From contig OY764216.1 of the NCBI GenBank assembly GCA_963668315.1, positions 2,336,001 to 2,400,000 of the forward strand: DNA of 64,000 nt. Direction: 5' to 3'. The notes under the pieces are model-generated. The model was given only the letters and a program-made list of their open reading frames with translations, did no database searches and had not been told where the DNA came from. Source of the DNA: Spirochaetia bacterium. GTDB lineage: Bacteria; Spirochaetota; Spirochaetia; DSM-2461. This document shows positions 10,040 to 21,358 of this stretch, piece by piece (positions within the stretch are counted from its first letter, which is position 1; each line of letters starts with the position of its first letter). The translations under genes were made by a program, and so were the position numbers.

Positions 10040-11311
10040 ATGATGAAGAAAAATGTGGGATTTATATCATTTCGGATCGCCGGGACCGACGGTGTCAGCC
10101 TGGAGATCGAGAAATGGGCCGATGTTCTTGAGGAGATGGGATGCCGCTGTTTCTATCTGGCCGGGGAGCTGGACAGGCCGGAAGCGAGGTGCATGCTCTA
10201 TGAGCCGCTCCATTTTCAGCATCCCGTGACAAGGGACATTTACAACCGCTGTTTCTCCCGGAGCGTCCGCCCGGAGGAGCTGACCGGAGATCTCCATACC
10301 TGGCGCAAACGGTTCAAGGAGGTTCTGTATGAGTTCGTCGATAAGTTCGAGATCGATGTTCTGATACCCCAGAACGCCGTCACCATTCCCCTCAATCTTT
10401 CCCTGGGCATGGCTCTGACCGAGTTTATCGCGGAAACGAATATTCCGGTTATCGCCCACCATCATGACTTTTTCTGGGAGCGGAAGCGATTTCTCACCAA
10501 TTGCGTCTGGGACATTATCAATGCCTCCTATCCTCCCCATCTGCACAATATTCAGCATGTGGTCATTAATTCGTCCGGTCAGAATCAGCTGGCTCTCAGA
10601 ACGGGTATCTCCTCGACCTTGATTCCCAATGTGATGCCCTTCGAAAAGGATCCTCCCGGAAGGGACGATTACAATAAAGACATCCGCCGGGATCTGGGGG
10701 TGGGGGAGGATGAGCTGCTTATTCTCCAGCCCACCCGTGTCGTCCAGCGCAAGGGGATAGAGCATGCCCTGGAAATGGTCTCCCGCCTCGGCCGCAAATC
10801 GGCCTTCGTCATTTCCCATGCTTCGGGGGACGAGGGATTCGAGTACGAGCAGAGGGTGCGCGACTATGCGAAAATGCTCAAGGTCAGGGCGATCTTCGTG
10901 GTGGATCTTATCCGTGATAAAAGGGGCACCACTCCGGACGGGCGGAAAATCTATACCCTGGAAGATATCTATCCCTATGCCGATTTCGTAACCTATCCCT
11001 CGCTTATCGAAGGATTCGGTAATGCGTTCCTGGAGACCATCTGGTTCAGGAAACCCATTCTGGTGAATAATTACTCCATCTACGCCACGGACATCAAACC
11101 CAAGGGGTTCGAAGTGGTGGAAATTGATGATTATGTGACCGACAAGACGGTGGAGGAGGTCGGTTATCTGCTGGATCACCCGGAAGAGGTGGAAAGAATC
11201 ACCGAGAAAAACTACCGTCTGGCCCTGCAGTTCTACGGGTATTCCGTGGTGGCGAATAAACTCAGGTCCCTCATGTGCAATTTTTTCGGAGACAGGTGCC
11301 TGGACGATTGA
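10040..11311 (+). CDS. GT4 (GT-B) glycosyltransferase, mannosylglucosylglycerate synthase-like
   Basis: GTDGVSLE, HHHDFFWER, QPTRVVQRKG and YPSLIEGFGNAFLE (EX7E). Confidence 0.8.
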   Translation: MMKKNVGFISFRIAGTDGVSLEIEKWADVLEEMGCRCFYLAGELDRPEARCMLYEPLHFQHPVTRDIYNRCFSRSVRPEELTGDLHTWRKRFKEVLYEFVDKFEIDVLIPQNAVTIPLNLSLGMALTEFIAETNIPVIAHHHDFFWERKRFLTNCVWDIINASYPPHLHNIQHVVINSSGQNQLALRTGISSTLIPNVMPFEKDPPGRDDYNKDIRRDLGVGEDELLILQPTRVVQRKGIEHALEMVSRLGRKSAFVISHASGDEGFEYEQRVRDYAKMLKVRAIFVVDLIRDKRGTTPDGRKIYTLEDIYPYADFVTYPSLIEGFGNAFLETIWFRKPILVNNYSIYATDIKPKGFEVVEIDDYVTDKTVEEVGYLLDHPEEVERITEKNYRLALQFYGYSVVANKLRSLMCNFFGDRCLDD

Positions 11312-11317
11312 AGGCGT

Positions 11318-11354
11318 AAAAGGGCGGAACCGGTAAATCGGCCCCGCCCCTTAT
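11318..11354. terminator. Bidirectional intrinsic terminator
   Basis: AAAAGGGCGG..CCGG-TAAA-TCGG..CCGCCCCTTAT between convergent genes. Confidence 0.65.
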
Positions 11355-11362
11355 AAGCTGAA

Positions 11363-12235
11363 TCAGCCTTTCACGGCTCCGGTGACCATCCCTTTGATGA
11401 TCTGACCGCTGAAGGCGAAATAGAAGATGATGATGGGGCTCATCGTCAGAAGAAGGGCTGCCATGATCTTGGGGTAGTCCGATGAGAACTGGCCGGTGAA
11501 CTGTGTCATGGCCAGGGGGACAGTCTGCAGCCTCTGATCCTTCACCAGAAGCAGGGCAAAGACGAATTCGTTCCAGCAGAAGAATGTCTGTATGATGCCC
11601 ACCGTTACAAGTATGGGCGTCGCCACGGGAAGGATTATCTGGAACAGGGTCCGGGAGAAACTGCTTCCGTCAATGGCGGCGGCTTCCTCCAGCTCCTTGG
11701 GCACGCTTTTGATATGCCCTTCCACCAGAAATATGGCGATGGGAAGTCCGAAAGCGAGGTAGGGGATAATCAGTGTGAACCACCGGTTGGAGATACCCGC
11801 GTTGTTGAACAGAACATAGATGGGAACCATCAGCGAATAGACGGGGATAACCAGTCCCAGAAGAAACATCACCTTGATGAGGGCGTTTCCCCTGAATTGG
11901 ATTCTTGCCACGATATACCCGATGATAAAGCCGAAAATGATGATGAGGGCCAGGGAAAATACCGTGTTACGGGCGCTGTTCAGCATGGATGACCAGATAT
12001 GATAATCCGGATTGGTCATGATTCTGAAGTAGTTGGAAAAGGTCGGCGACATGGGCAGACCGATAATGTCCGCATTGAAATCCCTTTTCAGTTTCAAAGA
12101 GGAGTAGAAGAGCCAGAAAAGGGGGAAAATGCAGGTGAAGGAAAACAGGATGAGTATACCGTTCAGGAAAAAGGATTGAACGGCCTTACCCGGGGTCAAA
12201 GGTGTTGCGTCACCGTAGGATTCTTTATCATTCAT
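11363..12235 (-). CDS. Carbohydrate ABC transporter permease (MalG-like)
   Basis: EEAAAIDG EAA loop; WNEF; ends GAVKG. Confidence 0.93.
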   Translation of the reverse strand: MNDKESYGDATPLTPGKAVQSFFLNGILILFSFTCIFPLFWLFYSSLKLKRDFNADIIGLPMSPTFSNYFRIMTNPDYHIWSSMLNSARNTVFSLALIIIFGFIIGYIVARIQFRGNALIKVMFLLGLVIPVYSLMVPIYVLFNNAGISNRWFTLIIPYLAFGLPIAIFLVEGHIKSVPKELEEAAAIDGSSFSRTLFQIILPVATPILVTVGIIQTFFCWNEFVFALLLVKDQRLQTVPLAMTQFTGQFSSDYPKIMAALLLTMSPIIIFYFAFSGQIIKGMVTGAVKG

Positions 12236-12237
12236 GA

Positions 12238-13137
12238 TCAGGCGACCTCCTTCTCTTTGGTTATGACTTTTACAAGCAGCTGAGAGCCGCCAATCACTAT
12301 CATGCTCAGGATAAATATGGCCAGGGATATGGTCGTACCGTATCCCATGTTCTGCTGGTCGAAGGAAATCTTGTAGCCGTAAAGGGCCATGACGTTGGAA
12401 GCGTTTCCCGGACCGCCGGCGGTCATGACGAAGATATGATCGAACACTTTCATATTACCGGCGATGCAGAGGGTTATACAGACAAGAAGGGTATTCTTGA
12501 TGAGGGGCAGAACGATGCGGAAGGCTCTCTGGACGCCGTTGGCTCCGTCCAGTTCGGCCACTTCGAAGATCTCCTTGTCTATGGAGGCGATGGCGGAAAT
12601 CAGGATAACCATGTAGAGCCCGATATACTGCCAGATGAGCGGTATGGACATGAGAGGCAGAACCAGCTTGGGTTCGTTCAGCCATACCTTGACCATCTCC
12701 GGTCTGCCGATTGCTTCGAGGAACCAGTTGATGATACCCCTTCTGTAATCGTAGATCATCGTCCATATGAAACCTATGGACACGGCAGAGATGGTATTGG
12801 GAAAGAAACAGAATGTTCTGTGGATGCCCTTGAGTTTAACGAGGCGGGAACTGATCATCAGAGCGAAGATAAAGGCTATTCCTACCTGGCCGAGAATACA
12901 GGTAATCACAATATACATATTGTGGTAGAAGGACTCCCAGAATACGGAATCCCTGATGAGTGCGGCGTAATTGGAAAAACCGATGAAGGTTTTGTTGGGA
13001 CCGCCTTTCCATTCGAAGAAACTGTAGAAAAAGGCTGTTACCAGAGGTACGAATACCACAAAAATATAAACAGCCACGGGAATAAGCAAGTAGAGAAAAA
13101 CTACTCTTTTTTTTGGCTTGATTGCTTCCGTCAGCAC
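12238..13137 (-). CDS. Carbohydrate ABC transporter permease (MalF-like)
   Basis: WQYIG, EVAELDGA and TAGGPG; GTG start. Confidence 0.93.
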   Translation of the reverse strand: MLTEAIKPKKRVVFLYLLIPVAVYIFVVFVPLVTAFFYSFFEWKGGPNKTFIGFSNYAALIRDSVFWESFYHNMYIVITCILGQVGIAFIFALMISSRLVKLKGIHRTFCFFPNTISAVSIGFIWTMIYDYRRGIINWFLEAIGRPEMVKVWLNEPKLVLPLMSIPLIWQYIGLYMVILISAIASIDKEIFEVAELDGANGVQRAFRIVLPLIKNTLLVCITLCIAGNMKVFDHIFVMTAGGPGNASNVMALYGYKISFDQQNMGYGTTISLAIFILSMIVIGGSQLLVKVITKEKEVA

Positions 13138-13178
13138 CTGAAACCCCTCTTTTGAATTGGTTAATTGGGAATATTAAA

Positions 13179-13215
13179 CAGGAAATCCCGCCATGATTCA
13201 TGGCGTGATTTCCTG
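13179..13215 (-). terminator. Long stem-loop after SBP gene
   Basis: CAGGAAATCCCGCCATGA/TCATGGCGTGATTTCCTG inverted repeat. Confidence 0.55.
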
Positions 13216-13255
13216 GTCAAGTTTGATTAAGTCAATTTATCTGTGAAAGATCGGC

Positions 13256-14623
13256 TTAATAATTTTCTACGTATGCTTTCTGGGCATTTTTGGCGACTTC
13301 TTCGGGAGTGATGTCTCCGTTGAGCATTGTCTGAAGGTCCGTATTCAGGACATCCCAGACAGCGCTGGATACAAAGGAGTCGTAGATGTCGCAGGCTTCG
13401 TTGTCAACATAGGAGAAGTTGTAGAAGTCCTGGGTAAACTGGTCGAACTTGCTCAGGTCGATCTTTCCCACTTTGGTCAGACCGCCGAGGGCGTAGTTCT
13501 CTCCCACATAGGAAGCGTAATCGGGACCGGTGATGGTGTAGGCCAGGTTGATGGCCGCATCCAGCTTGGTAGGATCATTCTTCAGTTTGGGATTGATAGC
13601 AACGGCGTAACCGAGGCCGATATCGTGAGTCTTGTAGGCTCCGGTGGCGCCTTCGGGCTGGGGAAGAACAGCGAATTTGGTCGTGTCGTACAGATCGGTT
13701 CCCTTCAGGGTTGCCTGGATGTAGGAAACATCCCAGTTACCGCCGATGAAGGCAGCCGCATCGCCGGCGATGTAGAACTCACGGGCGTCTTCGTTGTTGA
13801 CGGCGTTGAAGTCGGGGTTGAAGATACCGGAAGCGAAAATGTCCTGGGTAAACTTCAGGGAGTCAACGAAATCTTTATCCGTAAAGGCGGCGCCTTTCTT
13901 TTCGATCAGGGAGTGGAACCAGTCGGAGCCGGTGAAACGGTTTCCGATGGTGGAGAGGAAGCAGGAGTTGATCTGCCATTTGCCGCTGTTTCCGAAGGCG
14001 ATGGTGTCCATGCCCTTGCTCTTGAAATAGGCGCTGGCTTTCTCTACGTCGGCCCAGGTTTCGGGGAAGGAGTCGAAACCGGCTTCCTTCCATGCAGCGG
14101 AATCGTAAACGACAACGCAGCAGGTACCGCCGGTCAGAACGGGAAGACCGTAGATTTTGCTCTCCGATGTGAAGGGGTAGAACTTGGAGCTGTCATACTG
14201 GGAAGCATAGGGGGATTCGTTGATGACATCGGTCATATCCATAACAAGACCCTGAGCCGCCCATGCCTTGGTATTCATACCCTGAAGCAGGAATACGTCG
14301 GGAAGGTCGTCGGCTGCGGCCAGAACGGCGATCTGTTTTTTGTACTCATCGTTGGCCAGAATATTCTGGACAAGGTTGATTCTTCCTTCGTCCTCGTTCC
14401 ACTTGGCAAGCAGGGTTCTCATTCCGTCGGAACCGCCGTTACCTTCGGCTTCTTCCGAAGTTGAGTAGTGCATAATCTCCAGGTCGCCGGCGTAGGCGAG
14501 GCCGCTGGCAGATTTGCCGCTGGCAGAAGCCTTTGAAGAAGACTCATTGGCGTCCTGAGCTCCATTGGCAAACGTTACGCTTGCAACAAGAGCTGCTAAA
14601 GCTAAAATCAGAAATTTTTTCAT
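13256..14623 (-). CDS. Sugar ABC transporter substrate-binding protein
   Basis: Signal peptide ending FANG; LPDVF, GKIYGLP-like and PETW motifs. Confidence 0.9.
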   Translation of the reverse strand: MKKFLILALAALVASVTFANGAQDANESSSKASASGKSASGLAYAGDLEIMHYSTSEEAEGNGGSDGMRTLLAKWNEDEGRINLVQNILANDEYKKQIAVLAAADDLPDVFLLQGMNTKAWAAQGLVMDMTDVINESPYASQYDSSKFYPFTSESKIYGLPVLTGGTCCVVVYDSAAWKEAGFDSFPETWADVEKASAYFKSKGMDTIAFGNSGKWQINSCFLSTIGNRFTGSDWFHSLIEKKGAAFTDKDFVDSLKFTQDIFASGIFNPDFNAVNNEDAREFYIAGDAAAFIGGNWDVSYIQATLKGTDLYDTTKFAVLPQPEGATGAYKTHDIGLGYAVAINPKLKNDPTKLDAAINLAYTITGPDYASYVGENYALGGLTKVGKIDLSKFDQFTQDFYNFSYVDNEACDIYDSFVSSAVWDVLNTDLQTMLNGDITPEEVAKNAQKAYVENY

Positions 14624-14696
14624 TACAATCCTCCATTTCCCCGCTGGGAAAATAAAATAAACTTTGTTTCTTCCCCCTGGAAGAAACCCCTTATTC

Positions 14697-15893
14697 TTAC
14701 TTCTTCATGGGATGCTTCTGAAGCTCGTTCTGAAGAAGGTAAAAATCATTTTTTCGTTTAAGATCCAGTGTATTCAACGTTTCCAGAGAGATGAAAAGCT
14801 TATCGAGAACCAGACCGGCCGCCCCGTAGGCAACCGTATTCCGTCCCATGGTTGAAAAGCGTACTTCGCAGTTGACCTTTGTGTCGTAAACCCAGTTGTT
14901 CTCGATGGCCTGGCTCAAGGCGTCGGGAAGAATTTTCCGGTACATATCAAGGTCGCCTCCGAAGAAAATCCTTTCCAGGTTGAACGTATTTGCGATCATG
15001 GCCAGGTTAAGGGATAACTCATCGATATAGGCTTTCATCAGCTCCGGATTATCCTCCGGATTAATCTGGTTCTTATACTTTGAGACGGCCTCTATCTGAA
15101 AATTTTCCTTGTTATGGCTGGAGAACACACTTTTAAACTCTCCCGCCGTCCCGTTGCTGCCGTAATAGAGCGTTCCGTTGATGACAATGCCCATACCGAT
15201 GGCAGGCTGAATCATGTCATCGGTGAAGTGCTGCCTCTTCCAGAACTCCAGAAGGACAAAAAGAAAATCCCTGGGAGCGCTGCTTTTATGGAAGACCAGT
15301 TCGCCCCAGGCGGCGCAGTTGGCGTCGTTGTCTATAAATACCGGTACATTGAAGGCGGAGCAGATTTCCTCATAGAAATCGAAGGGCTCCATAATTCCCA
15401 GGGGAATGGAACCTTTGATCATGCGGTTTTCCGAATCAATGATACCGGACATACCCACTCCTATTCCAAGAAGGGGCATTTCAAGCCAGTTGAGATCACT
15501 CAGGGTGGACCGGCATTTATCCAGAAAAAGGGTTTTCAGGTTCTCTTCCCTGATATTCAGATTATCTTCACTTTTGGTAAAGAGAATGTCCCCCTGGATA
15601 TTCACGGCCAGAACCGTATAGGAATCGGGGCGCAATTCAAATCCCAGTACATAACCGTACTGATCGTTTATACAGATTTTAACGGGCTTTCTCCCGCCCT
15701 TGGGACTGGCGGCACCTTCCGATCCTTCCTCTATAAGTTTCTGGTTGATAAGTTCATCGACAATATTGGTTATGGTTGATTTGTTGAGGCCGAGTTTTCG
15801 GGACAGTTCTATCCTCGTTGTCTTGCCGGTCATCCAAATCTCACGGAGAATTCTTGATGTGTTAATAATTCTTGATCGTCTTTTATTTATCAT
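14697..15893 (-). CDS. ROK family transcriptional repressor
   Basis: N-terminal wHTH (GGRKP); [17 protein letters not shown]. Confidence 0.92.
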   Translation of the reverse strand: MINKRRSRIINTSRILREIWMTGKTTRIELSRKLGLNKSTITNIVDELINQKLIEEGSEGAASPKGGRKPVKICINDQYGYVLGFELRPDSYTVLAVNIQGDILFTKSEDNLNIREENLKTLFLDKCRSTLSDLNWLEMPLLGIGVGMSGIIDSENRMIKGSIPLGIMEPFDFYEEICSAFNVPVFIDNDANCAAWGELVFHKSSAPRDFLFVLLEFWKRQHFTDDMIQPAIGMGIVINGTLYYGSNGTAGEFKSVFSSHNKENFQIEAVSKYKNQINPEDNPELMKAYIDELSLNLAMIANTFNLERIFFGGDLDMYRKILPDALSQAIENNWVYDTKVNCEVRFSTMGRNTVAYGAAGLVLDKLFISLETLNTLDLKRKNDFYLLQNELQKHPMKK

Positions 15894-15906
15894 TTTCTTT
15901 TAACTG

Positions 15907-15928
15907 GTTAGTACAAAAAGCAACTAAC
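15907..15928. promoter_or_regulatory. Putative ROK operator
   Basis: GTTAGT-N10-ACTAAC inverted repeat 13 nt upstream of the ROK start. Confidence 0.45.
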
Positions 15929-16221
15929 ATGGAATATGGTAACCCCTGTTCCAAAATATGTCAAGAAAAAATATTTACGAGTTGAAAAATGGTAAATATA
16001 TATAATATAACATAATAAATAGAAATAGTAGTGGAAAATGGATTCTTGTGACTCGTGGCGTGAGAAAAGGGAAAATCCCGTCAGATGGTTCAAAAATAGA
16101 TCAATCCATGGAAAAACGATTTTTTCCGAGATATCTGAAAAATGTAAAAAAAATCCGATTCTTCCTTTCTGGAGGCGAAATCCTATGGAAATATATACTC
16201 CATGTTGCTACTATGAGCCCC

Positions 16222-17583
16222 ATGGAATACAAGGCATTAAAACAGAAATATGAGTTTCCCGGGGACTTCGTCTGGGGAGCGGCAACGGCTTCCTATCAGA
16301 TTGAAGGCGCCTATAATGAAGACGGAAGAGGGCTTTCCACCTGGGATATTTTTTCCCGAGTGCCCGGAAGAATCGAAAACGGCGATACGGGCGATGTGGC
16401 CTGCGATCATTACCACCGTTACAAGGAAGATGTGGCTCTCATGAAGAAACTGGGATTGAAAAATTACCGGTTTTCCATCGCCTGGCCCCGCATCTTGCCT
16501 GAAGGGGAGGGCGAGATCAACCGGAAAGGGCTGGATTTCTACTCCGATCTGGTCGACGAGCTTCTGGCGGCCGGTATTGAGCCCCTGGTCACCCTATTTC
16601 ACTGGGATCTTCCCCAGGCCCTTCAGGACAGGTATGAGGGGTGGGCAAGCCGTAAAACGGCCGAGCTTTTCGCCGATTATGTGAGGATTGTTGTCCGGGC
16701 TCTGGGAGACAGGGTTAAGCGGTGGGCCACGATAAATGAGATTATGTGTTTCACCATTCTGGCCCATGAGGACGACTGGCACGCTCCGGGAGGCAAAAGG
16801 GATAAAGCCTACACCAACCAGACGGTGCATAACGCTTTGCTGGGCCACGGTATGGCGGTAAAGGTCATCAGGGAGGAGTGCCCCGACGGCAAGGTGGGTA
16901 TTGTCGAGAATCTGAACGCCCCCTGGCCCTACTACAGTACAGAAGAGGATCTTGCTGCGGCCCGAAAAGCCTGGAAAGACATGAACGCCCAGCGGCTCTT
17001 TCCCCTGTTTACGGGGGAATATGATTCGGACGGCTTCAGACGCCATGCCGGTCCCGTCCCTAACGTGGAACCGGGAGATATGGAGATAATCTCCCGTCCC
17101 CTGGATTTTATCGCCTATAATTACTACTCCTGCGCCCCCGTGAGGGCTGCAGATAACGAAGCGGGCTACGAGACGGTTCCCGTTCCCCGGGCCTATCCCC
17201 GCACGGCCATGGACTGGCCTATCACACCCGATGCCCTCTACTGGGCCCTTCTCTTTACGAGGGAATACTTCGGAGATATCCCCGTGTATATTGCGGAGAA
17301 CGGCATGGCCGCCCCTGACCAGGTGGAAGAGGACGGTTCCGTCCAGGATACGGACAGGGTGGAGTATCTCAGAACCCACCTGCGCATGTGCCACAAAGCC
17401 ATTGCCGACGGGGCCCTGCTGAAGGGCTATTTCCTCTGGTCATTCATGGATAACTTTGAGTGGGCCTACGGATATACCAAGCGCTTCGGAATTGTGAGAG
17501 TCGATTACGACACCCAGAAGAGAACTGTTAAGGAGTCCGGCCGGTACTACAGCCGTGTCATAAAGGAAAACCGGGTTCTTTAA
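16222..17583 (+). CDS. GH1 beta-glucosidase
   Basis: FVWGAATASYQIEG, ACDHYHRY, TINEI (acid/base), IAENG (nucleophile) and DNFEW; start 16222 or 16213. Confidence 0.95.
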   Translation: MEYKALKQKYEFPGDFVWGAATASYQIEGAYNEDGRGLSTWDIFSRVPGRIENGDTGDVACDHYHRYKEDVALMKKLGLKNYRFSIAWPRILPEGEGEINRKGLDFYSDLVDELLAAGIEPLVTLFHWDLPQALQDRYEGWASRKTAELFADYVRIVVRALGDRVKRWATINEIMCFTILAHEDDWHAPGGKRDKAYTNQTVHNALLGHGMAVKVIREECPDGKVGIVENLNAPWPYYSTEEDLAAARKAWKDMNAQRLFPLFTGEYDSDGFRRHAGPVPNVEPGDMEIISRPLDFIAYNYYSCAPVRAADNEAGYETVPVPRAYPRTAMDWPITPDALYWALLFTREYFGDIPVYIAENGMAAPDQVEEDGSVQDTDRVEYLRTHLRMCHKAIADGALLKGYFLWSFMDNFEWAYGYTKRFGIVRVDYDTQKRTVKESGRYYSRVIKENRVL

Positions 17584-17595
17584 AACCCGGTTTCC
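17565..17595. terminator. Stem-loop between convergent GH1 and GH94 genes
   Basis: GGAAAACCGGGTT..AACCCGGTTTCC. Confidence 0.55.
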
Positions 17596-17608
17596 CCGGT
17601 ATCGGTAC

Positions 17609-20050
17609 TTACCCTACCAGTGCTTTGATGTGAATCTCCTTCCCTTTGATCTCTTCCAGGGGAAGGAGAGGACCGTCTATCTTCTTTCCGTTCCATTCCA
17701 GGATAATGTGATCTTTAGGGACGGCGCCGGGGGAGTTTTCCACGGTAATATGTATTTCCGTTCCCCTGAAGCGGCGGGTCACATCGAAGCCCTTCCACCC
17801 GGCGGGGATGACGGGTTTAATGATAAGGCCGTTATAGTCGGGACGGATTCCCAGTATGTACTGGGTGATGGCGTAATAGTTCCATGCCGCCGTTCCGGTC
17901 AGCCAGGAATTTTTTCCCTCACCCGGTTTCCAGGCCTCCTTTCCCGCTATCATCTGGCAGTAGGTATAGGGCTCCATCCTGTGCAGATCGGATATCTCCT
18001 CCAGGTAAGCGGGACAGATCTTTTTATAGTATTCGAAGGCCCGGTCACCCCGGCCCTCAATGACTTCTCCGATGATGATCCAGGGATTGTTATGGCAGAA
18101 AATTCCCCCGTTCTCCTTGTAGCCGGCCGGGTAGGTGCTGATCTCGCCGTACTCTATGCGGTATTCCGTAAAGGCGGGGCTGTTCAGGACGATGCCGTAT
18201 TCGCAGTCTAGATGCTCCTTGACCGAATCCAGGGCCTTCCGGCAGAGCCCCTCTTTTTTTCCGATTTCCGCCATGGTGCAGAATCCCTGGGATTCAATGA
18301 AGATTTTGGCTTCCCTGTCTTCGTTGGTGCCCACCTTCTTTCCGAAGAAATCATAGGCGCGGAGATACCATTCGCCGTCCCAGCCTTGCTCCATTACCGC
18401 CTTTTCCATATCCTCAATATGCTTCAGGCACTTTTCGGCCTGATCCGGCCTGCCCGTCAGTTCGCAAAGTCTGACAAATTCCCGGCCGTAAAGGACAAAA
18501 AGACCGGCGATCATGACCGATTCCGCCGTGCCTCCCTCCTTGTTCTCCGTCGTCTGGAAGGATTCGTTCGGGTCCTTTGAGAAGCAGTTCAGATTGAGGC
18601 AGTCGTTCCAGTCGGCCCGTCCTATGAGAGGAAGCCCGTGGGGACCGAGATGATTGATCACATGGTTGAAAGAAGCCGTCAGATGATCGAAAAGGGGAAC
18701 GGAATTCTTCTCGTCATTATTAAAGGGTACCGACTCCTCCAGAAGGGAAAAGTCACCCGTCTCCTTGATATAGGAGGCCACGGAGAGGATAAGCCAGAGC
18801 GGATCGTCATTGAAATTGCCGCCGATCGCGTCGTTTCCCCGTTTCGTCAGAGGCTGGTACTGATGGTAGGCCGATCCGTCTTCCAGCTGGGTGGCGGCTA
18901 TATCCAGAATACGCTCCTTCGCCCGGTCGGGAGCCTGATGGACAAAGCCGATAAGGTCCTGATTGGAGTCGCGGAATCCCATCCCCCGGCCGATGCCCGT
19001 TTCAAAGAAAGAGGCGGATCGGCTCATGTTAAAGGTTATCATGCACTGATACTGATTCCAGATATTCACCATGCGGTCCAGTTTCTCATCGCCGGAATTC
19101 AGAACATAGCGGGAAAGAAGGTCTTCCCAGTAAACGCGGAGTTCTTCAAAGGCCCTGTCCACCGCTTCGACGGTGGAGAATCTCTCGATCATCTTCCGGG
19201 CCTTGCTTTTGTTGATCACTCCCTTGGATTCCCATTTCTCCTCTTCCTCCATCTCCACATATCCAAGGAGAAAGATGAAATCCCGAGATTCTCCGGGCTG
19301 CAGCTCCACCTCCAGATAGTGAGAGGCTACGGGAGACCATCCGTGGGCTACGGAGTTTCCCGCCCTGCCATTCGCCACAGCCTGAGGATTATCAAAACCG
19401 TTGTAGAGGCCTATGAAGGATTCCCTGTCCGTGTCATACCCCTGAACCGGGACATTGACGCTGTAGAAGGCAAAGTGGTTCCGCCTCTCCTTGTATTCCG
19501 TTTTATGGTAGATCGCGGAGCCGTCGATTTCGACTTCACCTGTAGAGAGATTTCGCTGGAGATTGTTCATATCGTCTTCCGCGTTCCAGAGACACCACTC
19601 CTGAAAGGAGAAAAGTTTGATGTTTTTGACTTTGTCCGTGTTGTTGGTCAGAGTCATTTTCTGTACTTCACCCCAGAAATCGTTGGGTATGAAAAAGAGG
19701 ACTTCCGCTCTCAGGCCGTTTTTCTCCGAATCGAAGCGGGTGTAGCTCATGCCGTGGCGGCATTCGTAACGGTCCAGTTCGGTTTTCACCGGTTTCCATC
19801 CGGGGGACCAGACCGTATCTCCCTCTTTGAGGTAGAAGTAACGGCCTCCGTCATCCATGGGAACATTGTTGTAACGGTAGCGTGTCAGCCGTCTGAACTT
19901 GGCATCCCGGTAAAAGGTGTATCCTCCGGCCGTGTTGGAAATGAGGGAGAAAAAATCCTGGTTTCCCAGATAGTTTATCCAGGGATAGGGAGTCCGGGGA
20001 TTTTCTATGACGTATTCCCTGTTCCCATCATCAAAGTAACCGTATTTCAT
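17609..20050 (-). CDS. GH94 glycoside phosphorylase, probably cellobiose phosphorylase
   Basis: [41 protein letters not shown] and SWLTGTAAW. Confidence 0.93.
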   Translation of the reverse strand: MKYGYFDDGNREYVIENPRTPYPWINYLGNQDFFSLISNTAGGYTFYRDAKFRRLTRYRYNNVPMDDGGRYFYLKEGDTVWSPGWKPVKTELDRYECRHGMSYTRFDSEKNGLRAEVLFFIPNDFWGEVQKMTLTNNTDKVKNIKLFSFQEWCLWNAEDDMNNLQRNLSTGEVEIDGSAIYHKTEYKERRNHFAFYSVNVPVQGYDTDRESFIGLYNGFDNPQAVANGRAGNSVAHGWSPVASHYLEVELQPGESRDFIFLLGYVEMEEEEKWESKGVINKSKARKMIERFSTVEAVDRAFEELRVYWEDLLSRYVLNSGDEKLDRMVNIWNQYQCMITFNMSRSASFFETGIGRGMGFRDSNQDLIGFVHQAPDRAKERILDIAATQLEDGSAYHQYQPLTKRGNDAIGGNFNDDPLWLILSVASYIKETGDFSLLEESVPFNNDEKNSVPLFDHLTASFNHVINHLGPHGLPLIGRADWNDCLNLNCFSKDPNESFQTTENKEGGTAESVMIAGLFVLYGREFVRLCELTGRPDQAEKCLKHIEDMEKAVMEQGWDGEWYLRAYDFFGKKVGTNEDREAKIFIESQGFCTMAEIGKKEGLCRKALDSVKEHLDCEYGIVLNSPAFTEYRIEYGEISTYPAGYKENGGIFCHNNPWIIIGEVIEGRGDRAFEYYKKICPAYLEEISDLHRMEPYTYCQMIAGKEAWKPGEGKNSWLTGTAAWNYYAITQYILGIRPDYNGLIIKPVIPAGWKGFDVTRRFRGTEIHITVENSPGAVPKDHIILEWNGKKIDGPLLPLEEIKGKEIHIKALVG

Positions 20051-21264
20051 GTAGCGTCTCCTTTTTCTATTACCCCATCGTGTGTATCTGCCGAAGGGTT
20101 ATCTCTATTATGGTTTATCGCAAAGTCTTCCAGGCCTTCCCGGCCTCCCGGCAGCAGCGGATTCTGCCTGTCCGGATTGAATACCTCCATCAGAGGCATG
20201 ACCGCCGCACCGTAGGACACGGCGTATTTTCCCCGCCGGGAGAGGGTGCAGCGGCATGATCCCATTCCCGGATAGGAACGGTGCCGGTCCAGAGCCTCTT
20301 TCATGAGTTCTTCCATTTCGGGCCAGTAGGGGCCTATGTCTCCGCCGAAACAGACTCTGTCCAGGTCCAGTGTATTGGCCAGAAAGGCCGTATGTCTGCT
20401 GATCTCTTCAAACAGATTCTGCCGGACGGCCTGATCCTTTCCGATTCTCAGAAGATCCTCATAGGCCAGGGTGAATTGGTTTTTCCGGTCCCCTTTCCAG
20501 CCCGTACTCAGGTACTCTCCCGCGCTGAACTGGCTTCCGTGGTAGACATTGTTTTTAAGAGAGAAGCCCATGCCCAGGGAAAAGCGTCCCGATTGCAGGT
20601 CCTCCCGGCTGAAGAGATCCGTCTCCAGGAGAAGAAAAAGTATGTTTTCTTCGGCCCGGTTCCTGTTGTCCATGATCTCTCCCCACGTACAGCAGTTGGC
20701 GTCATTCTCTATGATGACGCTGCAGGGCAGGGGAGGATCTATCAGCGTTTCCAGAAGGCAGTTGTTCCCTATGTCATGGAGAGCCGAATTAATGATTTCT
20801 CCCCTGTAGGGATCCACCATGCCGGGAAACCCCAGTCCCATGGCCATTATCGGGTAGGTAAGGGAAAAGCGCCTGTAGATATTATGAAGATTGTTCCCTA
20901 TCTCGCGGCGGAATCTCTCTCCCCTCAGATCCAGGGGAACAGTCTCGTTTGATATGATTTTTCCTTCCAGATCCACCAGGGTGGCGACAAGGGCTTCCGG
21001 CTGAATCTCTATGCCCAGAAAATAGGCGTATTCCCCCCGTATGCCCAGAGAAAGGGGCTTGCGTCCCCCCCGGGAGGAGGCATTGCCCTCGGAGAGGGTT
21101 GCCAGGATGCCCTTTTTCTCCATGCGGTTAACCATATGGGTTACGGTGGATTTATCCAGTTCCAGCCTCTGGGCCAGCTGCTTGCGGCTCAATCCTCTGT
21201 TCAGCCAGAGTTCCCTGAGAAGGCGGTTGGCGTTGTACTGGGCCGTTATCTGGCTAGCAGGCAT
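20047..21264 (-). CDS. ROK family transcriptional repressor
   Basis: wHTH with [20 protein letters not shown] overlap with the GH94 gene. Confidence 0.9.
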   Translation of the reverse strand: MPASQITAQYNANRLLRELWLNRGLSRKQLAQRLELDKSTVTHMVNRMEKKGILATLSEGNASSRGGRKPLSLGIRGEYAYFLGIEIQPEALVATLVDLEGKIISNETVPLDLRGERFRREIGNNLHNIYRRFSLTYPIMAMGLGFPGMVDPYRGEIINSALHDIGNNCLLETLIDPPLPCSVIIENDANCCTWGEIMDNRNRAEENILFLLLETDLFSREDLQSGRFSLGMGFSLKNNVYHGSQFSAGEYLSTGWKGDRKNQFTLAYEDLLRIGKDQAVRQNLFEEISRHTAFLANTLDLDRVCFGGDIGPYWPEMEELMKEALDRHRSYPGMGSCRCTLSRRGKYAVSYGAAVMPLMEVFNPDRQNPLLPGGREGLEDFAINHNRDNPSADTHDGVIEKGDAT

Positions 21265-21282
21265 GAAGCGTAATCTTTATAG

Positions 21283-21303
21283 TTGGTTTAATCATTCAAC
21301 CAA
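21283..21303. promoter_or_regulatory. Putative ROK operator
   Basis: TTGGTT-N9-AACCAA inverted repeat just upstream of the ROK start. Confidence 0.5.
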
Positions 21304-21312
21304 AGATAGCAC

Positions 21313-21349
21313 AAAAAAATCGGCCGGTCAACTCAGTGTTGAACCGGCC
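21313..21349 (-). terminator. Intrinsic terminator of the GH3 gene
   Basis: GGCCGGTTCAAC..GTTGACCGGCC stem then a T7 tract on the minus strand. Confidence 0.7.
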
Positions 21350-21358
21350 TCAAGAAAC

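Noticed and set aside
16048..16221. N-terminal extensions in the ORF track (GH1; likewise flaB 54286, helicase 61536, lipoprotein 62527, csrA 47156)
   Set aside because: Family-like sequence and SD/promoter geometry support the downstream starts
18638..20215. 525-aa plus-strand ORF
   Set aside because: Antisense shadow of the GH94 gene
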